Source: Gammaproteobacteria bacterium
Lineage (GTDB): Bacteria; Pseudomonadota; Gammaproteobacteria; UBA4575
Reading direction: 5' to 3'
DNA length: 64,000 nt
NCBI GenBank assembly: GCA_965221955.1
Contig: CBDCTA010000018.1
Location: forward strand, 1 to 64,000
In this document: positions 32,438 to 43,317 of the stretch, piece after piece
How the letters are laid out: every line of letters begins with the position of its first letter
Numbering within the stretch: the stretch's first letter is position 1
Program-made: the position numbers and the translations under genes
The notes under the pieces: model-generated
Told to the model about the DNA's origin: nothing
Databases searched by the model: none
Seen by the model: only the letters and a program-made list of their open reading frames with translations

Positions 32438-34459
32438 CTATTGAGTTCCAATAATAATGCCTTTCAATTTCACCACTTCATCCCGCATTTTTGCTGCTTC
32501 TTCAAACTCTAAATTCTTTGCATGCTCATACATCTTTTGTTCTAGCTGTTTGATTTTTTTCATCCCATGTTCGGGACTCGTACGCGAATATTCGATCACT
32601 TCTTCTGCTACTTTTGATAGCTTTTCACGTTTACCAATGTCATAAGGCATTCTACGAGCGCCCTCCATAATATCGGCAACTTTCTTTTTTATTCCTTTAG
32701 GTGTAATACCGTGTTTTTCATTAAACTCTAATTGTTTGTTACGCCTACGATTGGTTTCTTCAATCGCTTTCTTCATCGAACCTGTCAGGTCTTCTGCATA
32801 CATTATAGCTTTACCATTTAAATGCCGTGCTGCACGTCCCACCGTTTGAATGAGTGATCGCTCGGAACGCAAAAAACCTTCTTTATCTGCATCTAAAATA
32901 GCAACTAAAGATACTTCTGGAATATCTAAACCCTCACGCAATAAATTGATTCCCACTAATACATCGAAATCTCCTTTACGCAGACTACGAATAATTTCGA
33001 CACGCTCTACTGTATCAATATCTGAATGCAAATAACGAACACGTACACCATGGTCGCCCAAATATTCAGTGAGATCTTCTGCCATACGCTTAGTAAGAGT
33101 TGTAATTAAAACACGTTCATCTTTTTGAACTCGTTCGGTAATTTCTGACAATACATCATCCACTTGTGATGCAACGGGACGCACTTCAATTTCTGGATCA
33201 ACAAGTCCTGTAGGACGTACAACTTGTTCTGCCACCGCATCCGATTTTTCTTTTTCGTATGGACCGGGAGTAGCTGATACGTAAATCATTTGCGGTGCTA
33301 AGGCTTCAAACTCTTCAAACTTTAAAGGCCGATTATCTAATGCCGATGGTAAACGGAAACCATATTCCACCAAGGTTTCTTTGCGGGAACGATCTCCTTT
33401 ATACATACCACCAAATTGTGGAACGGATACATGACTTTCATCCATTACCATCAACGCATTATCAGGCAGATAATCTAACAAGCATGGAGGTGGCTCGCCG
33501 GCTTCACGTCCTGAAAGATAACGTGAATAATTTTCAATACCATTGCAGTAACCGATTTCTTGAATCATTTCTAAATCAAAACGCGTGCGTTGTTCTAAAC
33601 GTTGTTCTTCTACTAAACGATTCGCATCGCGTAACACTTGCAAACGCTCTTTGAGTTCTAGCTTAATTTGCTCAATTGCATTGAGCAGGATTTCACGTGG
33701 TGTTACATAATGAGTTTTAGGATAAATCGTTAACCGTGGCACTTTACGGATCAATTCACCTGTGAGTGGATCAAAATAGCTGAGATTTTCAATTTCATCA
33801 TCGAATAATTCGATACGAATACCTTCACGCTCAGATTCAGCAGGATGCACATCAATGACTTCACCATGCACTCGAAAGGTGCCACGCCGTAATTCAAAAT
33901 CGTTGCGACTGTATTGCAACTCAGCCAACCTTCTTAGTAACTTGCGTTGATCAATACGATCACCACGATCGAGATGCATCACCATACCCAGATAAGCTTT
34001 TGGATCCCCTAAACCATAAATAGCGGAAACGGTTGCAACGATTATCGTATCCGACCTCTCAAACAAAGCTTTTGTTGCCGAGAGTCGCATTTGCTCAATA
34101 TGATCATTAACGGAAGCATCTTTCTCAATAAAAGTGTCGCTGGAAGGCACATATGCTTCGGGTTGGTAGTAGTCGTAATAGGACACGAAATATTCCACTG
34201 CATTTTTAGGAAAGAACTCTTTCATCTCTCCATATAGCTGCGCGGCCAGAGTTTTGTTCGGCGCCAAAATAATAGTCGGGCGCTGAACTTGCTGTACGAC
34301 ATTTGCGATGGTGAAGGTCTTACCTGAGCCCGTTACCCCCAACAACGTTTGATGAGCCAAACCATCGTTTAAACCTTCAACTAATGCGGAGATCGCTTCA
34401 GGCTGGTCACCTGCTGGATCGAACTTGGTATTTAGTTGAAATTGGCCTTGTATAGACAT
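32438..34459 (-). CDS. uvrB: Excinuclease ABC subunit B
   Basis: [22 protein letters not shown] and [10 protein letters not shown] motifs. Confidence 0.98.
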   Translation of the reverse strand: MSIQGQFQLNTKFDPAGDQPEAISALVEGLNDGLAHQTLLGVTGSGKTFTIANVVQQVQRPTIILAPNKTLAAQLYGEMKEFFPKNAVEYFVSYYDYYQPEAYVPSSDTFIEKDASVNDHIEQMRLSATKALFERSDTIIVATVSAIYGLGDPKAYLGMVMHLDRGDRIDQRKLLRRLAELQYSRNDFELRRGTFRVHGEVIDVHPAESEREGIRIELFDDEIENLSYFDPLTGELIRKVPRLTIYPKTHYVTPREILLNAIEQIKLELKERLQVLRDANRLVEEQRLEQRTRFDLEMIQEIGYCNGIENYSRYLSGREAGEPPPCLLDYLPDNALMVMDESHVSVPQFGGMYKGDRSRKETLVEYGFRLPSALDNRPLKFEEFEALAPQMIYVSATPGPYEKEKSDAVAEQVVRPTGLVDPEIEVRPVASQVDDVLSEITERVQKDERVLITTLTKRMAEDLTEYLGDHGVRVRYLHSDIDTVERVEIIRSLRKGDFDVLVGINLLREGLDIPEVSLVAILDADKEGFLRSERSLIQTVGRAARHLNGKAIMYAEDLTGSMKKAIEETNRRRNKQLEFNEKHGITPKGIKKKVADIMEGARRMPYDIGKREKLSKVAEEVIEYSRTSPEHGMKKIKQLEQKMYEHAKNLEFEEAAKMRDEVVKLKGIIIGTQ

Positions 34460-34577
34460 GATGATATTTTGCGCTGATTCAGACTTATCTCTTTTAGAAA
34501 GTACACCTAGGCTGCCCTGCCCCTGTAAAGTGCTTATCCAAGCAATTCATACAGATACACACATATAGGAAACCTTC

Positions 34578-35756
34578 GTGAGCAGTTTATTAGCCAATCG
34601 CGTATCGCGCATCCAGCCTTCTGTCACTTTAGCCATAACCGCACGTGCAAATCAAATTCGTGCTGAGGGTGGTGATATTTTAAACCTGGCTGCAGGGGAA
34701 CCTGATTTTGACACACCAGAACACATTAAAGCCGCTGCTCAGCAGGCAATGAATGAAGGTAAAACAAAATACACACCTGTTCCAGGCACGCTATCTTTAA
34801 AAGATGCAGTCATAGATAAATTTAAGCGGGATAACGGGCTTGACTATAGCCGTGACGAAATCATGGTATCTAATGGAGGTAAGCAAGTATTCTATAACTT
34901 GTGCCAAGCAATCTTAAATGAAGGCGATGAAGTTTTAATCCCTGCACCTTACTGGGTCTCATATCCCGACATGGCCCTTTTAGCAGGGGGAGAGCCCGTC
35001 ATTATCCCAAGTGACGATGCGCATCGCTGCAAAATTACAGCTGCTGACTTAGAAAAACATATAACACCTAAATCAAAATTATTCGTCATCAATAGTCCAT
35101 CTAACCCATCGGGCATTGCATACACTGAAGATGAATTAGCTGCACTTGGAGAAGTATTAGAACAACATAAAAATATTGTAGTGGTCACGGACGATATCTA
35201 TGAACACATTATGTTCGGTGGTCAAAAGTTTGTGAATATTTTAAACACTACTCCGTTACTTAAAGATCGAACAGTTGTGCTCAATGGAGTATCAAAAGTG
35301 TATTCCATGACTGGTTGGCGTATTGGTTATGCTGCGGGACCAACTGACATCATCAAAGCGATGACAAAAATTCAATCACAGAGCACTTCGAACCCAAGCT
35401 CTATTTCACAAGCTGCAGCTGAAGCTGCACTTACTGGTGATCAAGATTGTGTTTCCACCATGTGCAAAGCGTTCGAAGAACGACATGACTATATTGTCGA
35501 CGCACTTAATAAGCTGGAAGGTGTAAGTTGTATGCAGTGCGACGGTACATTCTATTGCTTTCCAAATGTACAAGGCTTAATAGATCGCATAGAAGGGGTA
35601 GCGGATGATGTACAATTCGCTGAATACTTACTCATTGAAGCCGGTATCGCAGGGGTACCCGGCACCGCATTTGGCTCACCAGGACATATGCGTTTTTCAT
35701 ATGCTACGAGCATGGATGTATTAGAACAAGCGATGACTCGCTTGACTGAGTTATAA
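34578..35756 (+). CDS. Class I/II PLP-dependent (aspartate-type) aminotransferase
   Basis: GEPDFDTP, NSPSNPSG, DDIYEH and SKVYSMTGWRIGY; divergent from uvrB. Confidence 0.93.
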   Translation: MSSLLANRVSRIQPSVTLAITARANQIRAEGGDILNLAAGEPDFDTPEHIKAAAQQAMNEGKTKYTPVPGTLSLKDAVIDKFKRDNGLDYSRDEIMVSNGGKQVFYNLCQAILNEGDEVLIPAPYWVSYPDMALLAGGEPVIIPSDDAHRCKITAADLEKHITPKSKLFVINSPSNPSGIAYTEDELAALGEVLEQHKNIVVVTDDIYEHIMFGGQKFVNILNTTPLLKDRTVVLNGVSKVYSMTGWRIGYAAGPTDIIKAMTKIQSQSTSNPSSISQAAAEAALTGDQDCVSTMCKAFEERHDYIVDALNKLEGVSCMQCDGTFYCFPNVQGLIDRIEGVADDVQFAEYLLIEAGIAGVPGTAFGSPGHMRFSYATSMDVLEQAMTRLTEL

Positions 35757-35785
35757 GACTTGTTAGAGTTTTTAATACAAGGCTA

Positions 35786-35828
35786 TTCCAGCGTTTAGGT
35801 TATATTGGAAATTACCTAAACGTTGGAA
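35786..35828. terminator. Inverted repeat between convergent genes
   Basis: TTCCAGCGTTTAGGT ... ACCTAAACGTTGGAA, 14/15 Watson-Crick complementary. Confidence 0.55.
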
Positions 35829-35849
35829 GCTTATTTAATCTAGACTGGT

Positions 35850-36230
35850 TTACCCTTGACTAGCGTACATAGTCGGTGAAGCACCGTTAGTATACTGAGG
35901 CATCACTTCACGTTGTACGTGCTGCTTGAATCGTTGCACATCAAGACTGTCTGAAATGCGTAGCATTTTATACATACCGTCTTCAGACAAAATCATCATA
36001 TCAATCCACGGATTTTTTGGATTTTCAGGCGTATCGATTCGATACTTACGTTTTTGATCATCGCCTAAATTTCGTGTCGCTACGGTTACATTTGGTTTGC
36101 CAGTTCGCTTATTAATCGCTAAACCCAGACATCGACAAATATCAGCCGCAACAAACCATGCTACACCGGCCTCATCCTTGACGACCCGTATTTGGTGGCC
36201 ACTATAGTCAAATAGCGTTACGTTACTCAC
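35850..36230 (-). CDS. Bro-N domain (phage antirepressor-like) protein
   Basis: FDYSGHQIRVV...WFVAADICRCLGL...ILSEDGMYKML...RFKQHVQREVMP. Confidence 0.85.
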   Translation of the reverse strand: MSNVTLFDYSGHQIRVVKDEAGVAWFVAADICRCLGLAINKRTGKPNVTVATRNLGDDQKRKYRIDTPENPKNPWIDMMILSEDGMYKMLRISDSLDVQRFKQHVQREVMPQYTNGASPTMYASQG

Positions 36231-36533
36231 TTTGTGTCACTCCTTGTATTCACACAATATGCAAACACGGCACGAGACCGTGAATTGAGGAATATTTATA
36301 GAACGATCAAAGACCTACGGATTATGATTGCCGCTTATTGGTACTATAAGACTGATAACCTGAACGGTACTTTTGACGAACAAAAACCAAAGGTGGCTGA
36401 CGCCGATGAATGAAACTTGCCATTCCCCAGTATCCGCAATCACAAAGAGAGATGGATAGATAAAAATAGTTCACAAAACATTGAATCTCGCCACCGTTAG
36501 GCAAGACGATTGATGAATACTACTTAATCCATG

Positions 36534-36562
36534 TTGACCGCAATGATATGGGTCGATACCAT
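36534..36562 (+). promoter_or_regulatory. Sigma70 promoter of tRNA-Asn
   Basis: TTGACC-N17-TACCAT followed by GC-rich CTGCCGC, just upstream of the tRNA. Confidence 0.7.
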
Positions 36563-36578
36563 CTGCCGCTTCCCTTAT

Positions 36579-36654
36579 TCCCCGGTAGCTCAGTTGGTAG
36601 AGCGGGTGACTGTTAATCACTAGGTCGGCGGTTCGAGCCCGTCCCGGGGAGCCA
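36579..36654 (+). tRNA. tRNA-Asn(GTT)
   Basis: TCCCCGGTAGCTCAGTTGGTAGAGCGGGTGACTGTTAATCACTAGGTCGGCGGTTCGAGCCCGTCCCGGGGAGCCA. Confidence 0.97.
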
Positions 36655-36866
36655 ATATAGCTGCTAGTTGAGCACTTTATCACAGACAATTCTGAGAATT
36701 GCTTCCATGATAAGCCTTACTAACTAATCACCATAAATCTGCTAGCAACAATATTACTTCGTATTAGTATATTTAAACAAAAAATTGTATTTCATAGATG
36801 AATACTTTACTCAATCCTCAACTTCTTTAGCGGACACACTACTTTTTCTTTAAAAAATTTACTTCT

Positions 36867-38429
36867 ATGCTAGACCTGAACTTAAAACGTGACACGCTTG
36901 AGAAATGGGAAATTACCATTTTTTGGGCAACGATACTTTTTTCATTAGGGTTTTTTTTATTTATCGCTTTTGACCGTAGTTACTTTAACTACGGGACAGA
37001 AACCGACACCATAGGTGGATTTATTCCCGAAGCAAAAAGAATACTTAATGGACAACCATTAGCGCTTAACTTTCATCCCCCTCTATACTCATTTGCACTT
37101 TCAATTGCTTTTAGCATATCTAAGCATTGGTTATATGCAGGAATTGCGATATCAATAATTAGTGCTTGTATCGTATATCTCTCTACATACTTCACTTTCA
37201 AGCCTATGGTTGGGAAACTACCTGCTATATGGGCTTGTATCGTTACTGCCACGTCTCCAGTATTTTTAAGCTATGCAACACAGGCCACTACTGATCTTTA
37301 CTTTTTTGCATTGTATTCGCTAACTATCTGGAGTGCATTTCACTCTTTCAATTCGAACTCAATAGCTTCATGGCTAGCAACTGGTTGCCTGATTGCTTTG
37401 ACTGTTCTTACTCGAGCAAACGGCGTCATATTGCTTCTATTATTGGCTCTTCCTCTCTTTGCAAACATAAAAGTACCATTAAAAATTAAGCTCATCTCAA
37501 CTTGCTTAACAGGAATAGTCATCTGCTGCGGAATTTGGGTTATTTATGCATTAATTACCGATTCAAACTTAAGTCCTGGCAACAACTATAGAAATGTTGC
37601 GATGACGTATTTTGGTACAGGTAATCAAATTTCTTATGAATCTTTAAACTCTATCCCAGAGAACATTAATAGTTTATTTGATGTTTTCATTTATGATCCA
37701 AAAAGTTTTTTAATGATTTATGCAAAAGATTTTTACCTTCTTTTTGCCGATAAATTATATACCCTGCTAGTTTTTCCATTCTCTAAAATCGTATTTGCAG
37801 GTATATTACTAATTGCTGTTTTGTGTTGGAAAAATAAAAATTTGTTTTTATATACAACCATAACGGTTGCTCACATACTATTAATTAACTTGAAAACATT
37901 TGAACCTAGGTATTACATGTTTCTAATACCCTTGTTTGGCATAGGGATTGGCATGATTATATCTAGCCTTATACGACTATTGCCCTCTACCAAAATAACT
38001 CAATTTGCTTCTGCTGCTATAGTAGTGGGTTTTATTATTGTTTCTTTTTGGACAGCACAGTCTCAAGCAATTAACTGGACATATAAGAATCGTACAGAAT
38101 TAAATGAATTTTTGCCTATCGCGCATTCTTTAATAAAAGACGACGACTTTTTTATTGCGAGAAAAAATGTAATAGGCTTTCATACTAACTCCATTACACC
38201 CCCTTATCCTAATAAAAATAGTATAAAAGAACTTAAACAAGCTATTTGCTCCAACCTAGCTGAGAAGAAAAAAAATATATGGCTTTTCTATGGGGCTGAA
38301 GAAATCAAGAAGAGAAAACAATATCAAGAATTGCTAGACCCTACATCTCATGATTTTTTCATACCTGCCGCCCAAGGTAAGCAAAGTAAGTGGGTTCTAT
38401 ACAAAGTCCTTTGTGATAAAAATTTATGA
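36867..38429 (+). CDS. GT-C fold membrane glycosyltransferase (ArnT/PMT_2-like)
   Basis: More than 10 TM helices, acidic first loop ETD, HPPLY, TD, LTR and EPRY motifs; soluble C-terminal domain. Confidence 0.8.
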   Translation: MLDLNLKRDTLEKWEITIFWATILFSLGFFLFIAFDRSYFNYGTETDTIGGFIPEAKRILNGQPLALNFHPPLYSFALSIAFSISKHWLYAGIAISIISACIVYLSTYFTFKPMVGKLPAIWACIVTATSPVFLSYATQATTDLYFFALYSLTIWSAFHSFNSNSIASWLATGCLIALTVLTRANGVILLLLLALPLFANIKVPLKIKLISTCLTGIVICCGIWVIYALITDSNLSPGNNYRNVAMTYFGTGNQISYESLNSIPENINSLFDVFIYDPKSFLMIYAKDFYLLFADKLYTLLVFPFSKIVFAGILLIAVLCWKNKNLFLYTTITVAHILLINLKTFEPRYYMFLIPLFGIGIGMIISSLIRLLPSTKITQFASAAIVVGFIIVSFWTAQSQAINWTYKNRTELNEFLPIAHSLIKDDDFFIARKNVIGFHTNSITPPYPNKNSIKELKQAICSNLAEKKKNIWLFYGAEEIKKRKQYQELLDPTSHDFFIPAAQGKQSKWVLYKVLCDKNL

Positions 38430-38811
38430 CATTCTTCCTCCAAGCATTAAATATGCTTTTGTAGGGATATTAAACACTGCAACAGATTTTTTAATATTTG
38501 TTTGTTTAATAAAAATATTTGGACTTCACGCTCTAATCGCGAACAGCTTAAGTTTTATGATAGCTGTAATTCAAAGTTTTATCATTAACCAAAACTGGAC
38601 TTTCAAAAAAAATAAAAATTCGATGAGCTTTAACTCAAAGTTTACTCGTTTCTTTATTGTATCAATCCTCGGACTGTTCTGCTCAAATTTAGTAATTTAT
38701 ATTTTAGCTCCGGTAATGAATGTCTTTGCTGCAAAAGCAGTTGCTGTACTCGTAGTTTTTTTAGTAACTTACACCGCAAATCAAAAATATGTTTTTTTCT
38801 CTGAAAAATAA
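38413..38811 (+). CDS. GtrA-family flippase
   Basis: KYAFVGILNTATDF, SFIINQNWTF, RFFIVS and KYVF; 4 TM helices; start uncertain (GTG 38413 or ATG 38350). Confidence 0.88.
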   Translation: MIKIYDILPPSIKYAFVGILNTATDFLIFVCLIKIFGLHALIANSLSFMIAVIQSFIINQNWTFKKNKNSMSFNSKFTRFFIVSILGLFCSNLVIYILAPVMNVFAAKAVAVLVVFLVTYTANQKYVFFSEK

Positions 38812-38960
38812 TAATAGCGATTACATTCACGCTTTATGAGCATATGCGGACATGTTTATACCTAAGCTACCGTCTATTCGCGTTAATTGGTAATTCGATT
38901 ATTAAGCATTTAGCCTTGAATTTGTTTCTGTAACTAGTACTGTAATATTATTTTATAAAT

Positions 38961-40145
38961 ATGATCATTTTTAAACGCTGGTGGGTTTTTGTACTTATTG
39001 TTGATTTTTTTCTGATCGCACAAACAATACTCTACGCGCATACACAAAATTTTTCGCAACAATGGCGTCTAATCACCCCTTTTACTCTAAACATAGAAAA
39101 TAATATTGCTGCATGGTGGTCGAGCATGACACTTTTAGCAGCATCAATACTTTGTTTTCAGAAATATATAAATAATGCAAATAAAACAGGTATTGCATGG
39201 CTAATATTTGCAGGGCTTTTTGCTGGGTTATCGCTTGATGAAATAGGCTCTATTCACGAGAGAGTGGGAGGGTGGAGCAGAATAATACCCATCGCATTAG
39301 TTTTTTCTATTTTAGTCTTCTTCAGTCTTTTAAGGTTATTCAAACACGAAAGTAGCAGAAAAAGCGCAAGTTATTTACTTATTGGCTTTTTCTTATTTGC
39401 TAGTGTTGTAGTACAAGAATACATAGAACACATAGTAGAATGGAAACCTTGGATGCTTGGAATACGTGCTGGAATTGAAGAAGGAACAGAATTATTCGGT
39501 ATATTTTTTATTCTAATGGCGCTTGTGAATCAGCAAGAAACACAATCCCAAAACATACTTAACTCACTTTTAGTAAAACGAGATACTTTACTAAAACTAA
39601 GATTCATATTAGCTATTACACTTCTCATTCATGCAATAGGTAGTTATGTAATCATAAAATATGGGGACCCCTTGACAAAAACAGGTGATCCTCGTTACTA
39701 CGGAAACCCCATGAACTGGTATCCTACAAGTGTTTTTTTATTATCTTCTATGCTTGCTATGTGGAAACTAATCCACTTTCCTAGGGTGATAAATATTAAG
39801 TGGCTTGTAATATCTTTAGCATGCATTTTATGCTCAATGGATGTAGCGACAAATATTTTCGTCGTTGTTATTCCAAATCTGAGCAGCTTCGTAAACATTA
39901 GCTATGTGGAAGATAACTTTTTAATTCTTTACATATTACAACTACTCATAGTTTGCATATTGGCATGGGAGAATAAGGAATATTTAATTCGCCATTTAGC
40001 ACTTGGAACATTGATCATTTTTATAGTGATTTTCACAATTTATGCTAATCAGAGCATATGGCTACGTTATTTTTCTGTTGGCTTCCTTGCTTACTTCTTA
40101 TATATAGCACTCATCACACATAGAGCCCGAACTCAGTCTAGCTAA
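38961..40145 (+). CDS. Hypothetical polytopic membrane protein
   Basis: About 12 hydrophobic segments; LNIENN, LSLDEIGSIHE and IEEGTELFG motifs. Confidence 0.7.
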   Translation: MIIFKRWWVFVLIVDFFLIAQTILYAHTQNFSQQWRLITPFTLNIENNIAAWWSSMTLLAASILCFQKYINNANKTGIAWLIFAGLFAGLSLDEIGSIHERVGGWSRIIPIALVFSILVFFSLLRLFKHESSRKSASYLLIGFFLFASVVVQEYIEHIVEWKPWMLGIRAGIEEGTELFGIFFILMALVNQQETQSQNILNSLLVKRDTLLKLRFILAITLLIHAIGSYVIIKYGDPLTKTGDPRYYGNPMNWYPTSVFLLSSMLAMWKLIHFPRVINIKWLVISLACILCSMDVATNIFVVVIPNLSSFVNISYVEDNFLILYILQLLIVCILAWENKEYLIRHLALGTLIIFIVIFTIYANQSIWLRYFSVGFLAYFLYIALITHRARTQSS

Positions 40146-40474
40146 AAAACCTTAATAATTTTGTTGTTACATTTTATACATTTTGGAAACTATTAATAGA
40201 ATCAACTAAAAAACAGGCTTACCTGAATAATTATATCTAATTATCAGCAACTTATAGCTAATTCAAACTCATTTTACTCTTAATTTCATAGAGTTATACT
40301 GCAAATATAAATTTAGTATTAAGTATTCATATAAAGATACTGTAATATCGAAGCGCTAAAATTTTAAGCACCCAAAAATAACACATGGTCATAGAACTTT
40401 AACATGAGATCTAACATCTCATTAACAACAATACATTTTCTCTTCATTTATTTGCTGAGGTCGGCACAAAAACA

Positions 40475-41233
40475 ATGAATATAAAAAAAATAGTTGCAGC
40501 AATTTTTGCTAAGTTTGTCTTGCCTCTAACATATATTGAACAAGACTCTTTTGATCATTTATGTAGGAATGTGACTAAGTTTAATTCGAATAAAATTACA
40601 CAAGATGAATTATTAAAACTTTTACAATTATACTATTCGAGAATTAATACAGAAAAACTTAAGACTGACCTTAATTTTACTGATATTAAAAATAGCCTGA
40701 TCCAAACAAATGGGTATAAACACACAATAAATGATAAAAAAGAACCTGGTATATACAATAAGCTTTCACTTTACAGTCGTAAATTTGCAATCATGCGACA
40801 TTTAGGCATGAAAGTAGACGTAATTATTCTACGAAAAAATGAATATATTCCCCCACATGGACATAAAAGAATGCTTTCAGGGTTCTATGTATTAGAAGGT
40901 ACAATTGGTGTTCGTCATTATGATCTCGTTGATAAAAACGATAAAACAATGCTTATTAGAAAAACTTTAGATACCATGTATTCCAAAAATGAATACACCA
41001 CTAATTCTGATAATTTAGATAACATTCACTGGCTAAAAGGCATAGCTAGCGAATCATTTCTTTACCGAGTTTCTATCATCGACAAACAACGTGAAGAAGG
41101 AAATGACAATATGGGAGCAGAAGAAAGAATATATATTAACCCCACGATCACTCCTGACAACAATGGTTTAATACATGCTCCTTATATAAATGAAGATTTA
41201 GCTAAAACTTTAACCTTCCCGAATGCTGCTTAA
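40475..41233 (+). CDS. Cupin-fold protein, thiol dioxygenase-like
   Basis: IPPHGHKRM...VLEG and DNIHWL give three His in cupin motifs 1 and 2. Confidence 0.65.
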   Translation: MNIKKIVAAIFAKFVLPLTYIEQDSFDHLCRNVTKFNSNKITQDELLKLLQLYYSRINTEKLKTDLNFTDIKNSLIQTNGYKHTINDKKEPGIYNKLSLYSRKFAIMRHLGMKVDVIILRKNEYIPPHGHKRMLSGFYVLEGTIGVRHYDLVDKNDKTMLIRKTLDTMYSKNEYTTNSDNLDNIHWLKGIASESFLYRVSIIDKQREEGNDNMGAEERIYINPTITPDNNGLIHAPYINEDLAKTLTFPNAA

Positions 41234-41245
41234 CTGATACAATTT

Positions 41246-42115
41246 TTATTTTAAGTTCTGCAAATATTTTTCAAATGAATTTCCAACATTAGGATGCTTC
41301 AAAGCTAACTCTACCGTAGCTTCCAAATAACCTAATTTACTACCACAATCATATCGTTTTCCTTCAAATTTATATGCCAACAACTTTTCTGACTTAGCTT
41401 GGGCTGCAAGAGCATCGGTAAGCTGAATCTCGTCACCAGCACCACGACCTGTTTGTTCAAGAATTTGAAATACAGAAGGCTCTAACAAATAGCGACCAAC
41501 CACTGCAACGTTTGAAGGTGCATCTTTTGGATCTGGCTTTTCAACAAAAGTATCTACATCCCATAGATTTTCTTGCACACGTGCTCCTGAGATCACACCG
41601 TAGTTTTTAACTTCTTCCTGATTAACTTCTTGCACACCAACCACACCGCATTGAGATTTTTCATACACATCGATCATTTGTGATAAACAACCCCTAGCAT
41701 CATCATCAATTAAGTCATCAGCAAGAATCACCGCAAAAGGTTCGTCACCTACAACTGGTTTAGCGCATAACACCGCATGCCCCAGCCCTAACGGCTCAGA
41801 TTGTCTTATATAAATACAATCAACATTTCCAGGAAGAATATTTTGGACCATATTCAACATGGTTTCTTTCCCATCAGCCAAAAGTTCGCTTTCTAACTCA
41901 TAAGCTTTATCAAAATGATCTTCAATCGAGCGTTTATGGCGACCTGTGATAAAAACTAATGTATCTATTCCAGCAGCAACCGCTTCTTCAGCTGCATATT
42001 GGATCAGCGGTTTATCCACCACTGGTAACATTTCTTTTGGGCTTGCCTTAGTCGCAGGAAGAAATCTTGTCCCCATACCTGCAACAGGGAAAACTGCTTT
42101 ACGTATCGTTTTCAT
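41246..42115 (-). CDS. galU: UTP-glucose-1-phosphate uridylyltransferase
   Basis: [30 protein letters not shown] and EIQLTDA motifs. Confidence 0.97.
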   Translation of the reverse strand: MKTIRKAVFPVAGMGTRFLPATKASPKEMLPVVDKPLIQYAAEEAVAAGIDTLVFITGRHKRSIEDHFDKAYELESELLADGKETMLNMVQNILPGNVDCIYIRQSEPLGLGHAVLCAKPVVGDEPFAVILADDLIDDDARGCLSQMIDVYEKSQCGVVGVQEVNQEEVKNYGVISGARVQENLWDVDTFVEKPDPKDAPSNVAVVGRYLLEPSVFQILEQTGRGAGDEIQLTDALAAQAKSEKLLAYKFEGKRYDCGSKLGYLEATVELALKHPNVGNSFEKYLQNLK

Positions 42116-42228
42116 ATGTTGTTAAATTATTTTTGCACTAAGATTTGAAGGTTAATTTTTTAGATTATCATGCATGAAAGCAATACTTTATTCTTAGACC
42201 CACATAATTAAACGACAAAGAGCGCGAT

Positions 42229-42492
42229 CTACCTTACAAGAATATTCTGTTTATTTTTTTCTAACGTTTTAGGACCAATTCCTTTTACATTAACAATTTC
42301 TTCAGCGCTATAAAAAGGACCATTCTCTTTTCTATATTCTATAATTGCCTGCGCTTTTTTCGGACCAACCCCAATTAAGTTTTCAGCCAGCTCCTCTGCA
42401 CCTGCCTCATTGATATTGACAGGCTCAGCACTTGCAACAGATATAAATAAAAAAACAAATGAAATTAGTAATACGCGCAACATCAAACCCAC
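42229..42492 (-). CDS. comEA: ComEA-family HhH DNA-binding protein
   Basis: Signal peptide, VNINEA, GVGPKKAQAIIEYR and VKGIGPKT. Confidence 0.88.
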   Translation of the reverse strand: MGLMLRVLLISFVFLFISVASAEPVNINEAGAEELAENLIGVGPKKAQAIIEYRKENGPFYSAEEIVNVKGIGPKTLEKNKQNILVR

Positions 42493-42583
42493 CCAACATT
42501 GTTTTTCAGTTAATATGATTTTGTTTAGTTAATCTATCCAGTTTATCTAAAATATTCAAATAAGCTGAAAAAATGATTTGTAA

Positions 42584-43303
42584 TTAATCACTAGAAGACC
42601 AGTTCTCAAGGTATTGATTCATTGTGGCAATTGGGTCCACTGCACGAGTAATTGGCCTACCAACCACAATATAACTTGCACCCACATCATGCGCTTGCTG
42701 GGGAGTAGCTACTCTACTTTGGTCATGTAATTGATCGCTTTGCAAACGTATTCCTGGGGTTACGATCATTGGCTGTACGCCCCATTTTTTCCTAATCTCG
42801 GCTACTTCGTGAACGGAACACACTAAACCGTCCATGTTAACAGCCATCGCGGTTTCCGCCAAAGTTAAAACCGATTCACTGGGTGACCGCTTAATTCCTA
42901 CTCCATTTAATTGCTGCTGATCCATTGAAGTCAAAACCGTTACTGCAACTAAGTTTATTTTTTGAGATGCGCTAGATATAGACTCTCTTGCCGCTTGTAG
43001 CATATTCGCACCACCTAAAGCATGTAGGGTCATCATCCAAACACCTAGACTCGATGCAGACTTGCAAGCTGAAGCAACGGTATTTGGAATATCATGCAGC
43101 TTTAAGTCTAGAAATACCTGATGCCCATTTTTTACCAATTTTTCAACAAACGACGGACCTTCAGCAATAAACAACTCTAAACCTACTTTTAATTTACATG
43201 GATATCCTTGAATATTTTGTAAAAAACTTTCTGTCTGCTTAGCATTTGGATAATCCAACGCAACAATAATTGGATTCTCTTCTCGTATTTCTTCTTTTGG
43301 CAT
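42584..43303 (-). CDS. pyrF: Orotidine-5'-phosphate decarboxylase
   Basis: IVALD, FLDLKLHDIPNT, VTPGIR and VVGRPI motifs. Confidence 0.97.
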   Translation of the reverse strand: MPKEEIREENPIIVALDYPNAKQTESFLQNIQGYPCKLKVGLELFIAEGPSFVEKLVKNGHQVFLDLKLHDIPNTVASACKSASSLGVWMMTLHALGGANMLQAARESISSASQKINLVAVTVLTSMDQQQLNGVGIKRSPSESVLTLAETAMAVNMDGLVCSVHEVAEIRKKWGVQPMIVTPGIRLQSDQLHDQSRVATPQQAHDVGASYIVVGRPITRAVDPIATMNQYLENWSSSD

Positions 43304-43317
43304 TGCTATTTTATTTC

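Noticed and set aside
36322-36689. ORFs 36322..36504 and 36471..36689
   Set aside because: One is antisense to tRNA-Asn and its promoter; the other is short with no motif or clear RBS.
36655-41245. Integrase-mobilised genomic island at tRNA-Asn
   Set aside because: No integrase, and I found no duplicated tRNA 3' end at the far boundary; called only an AT-rich islet.
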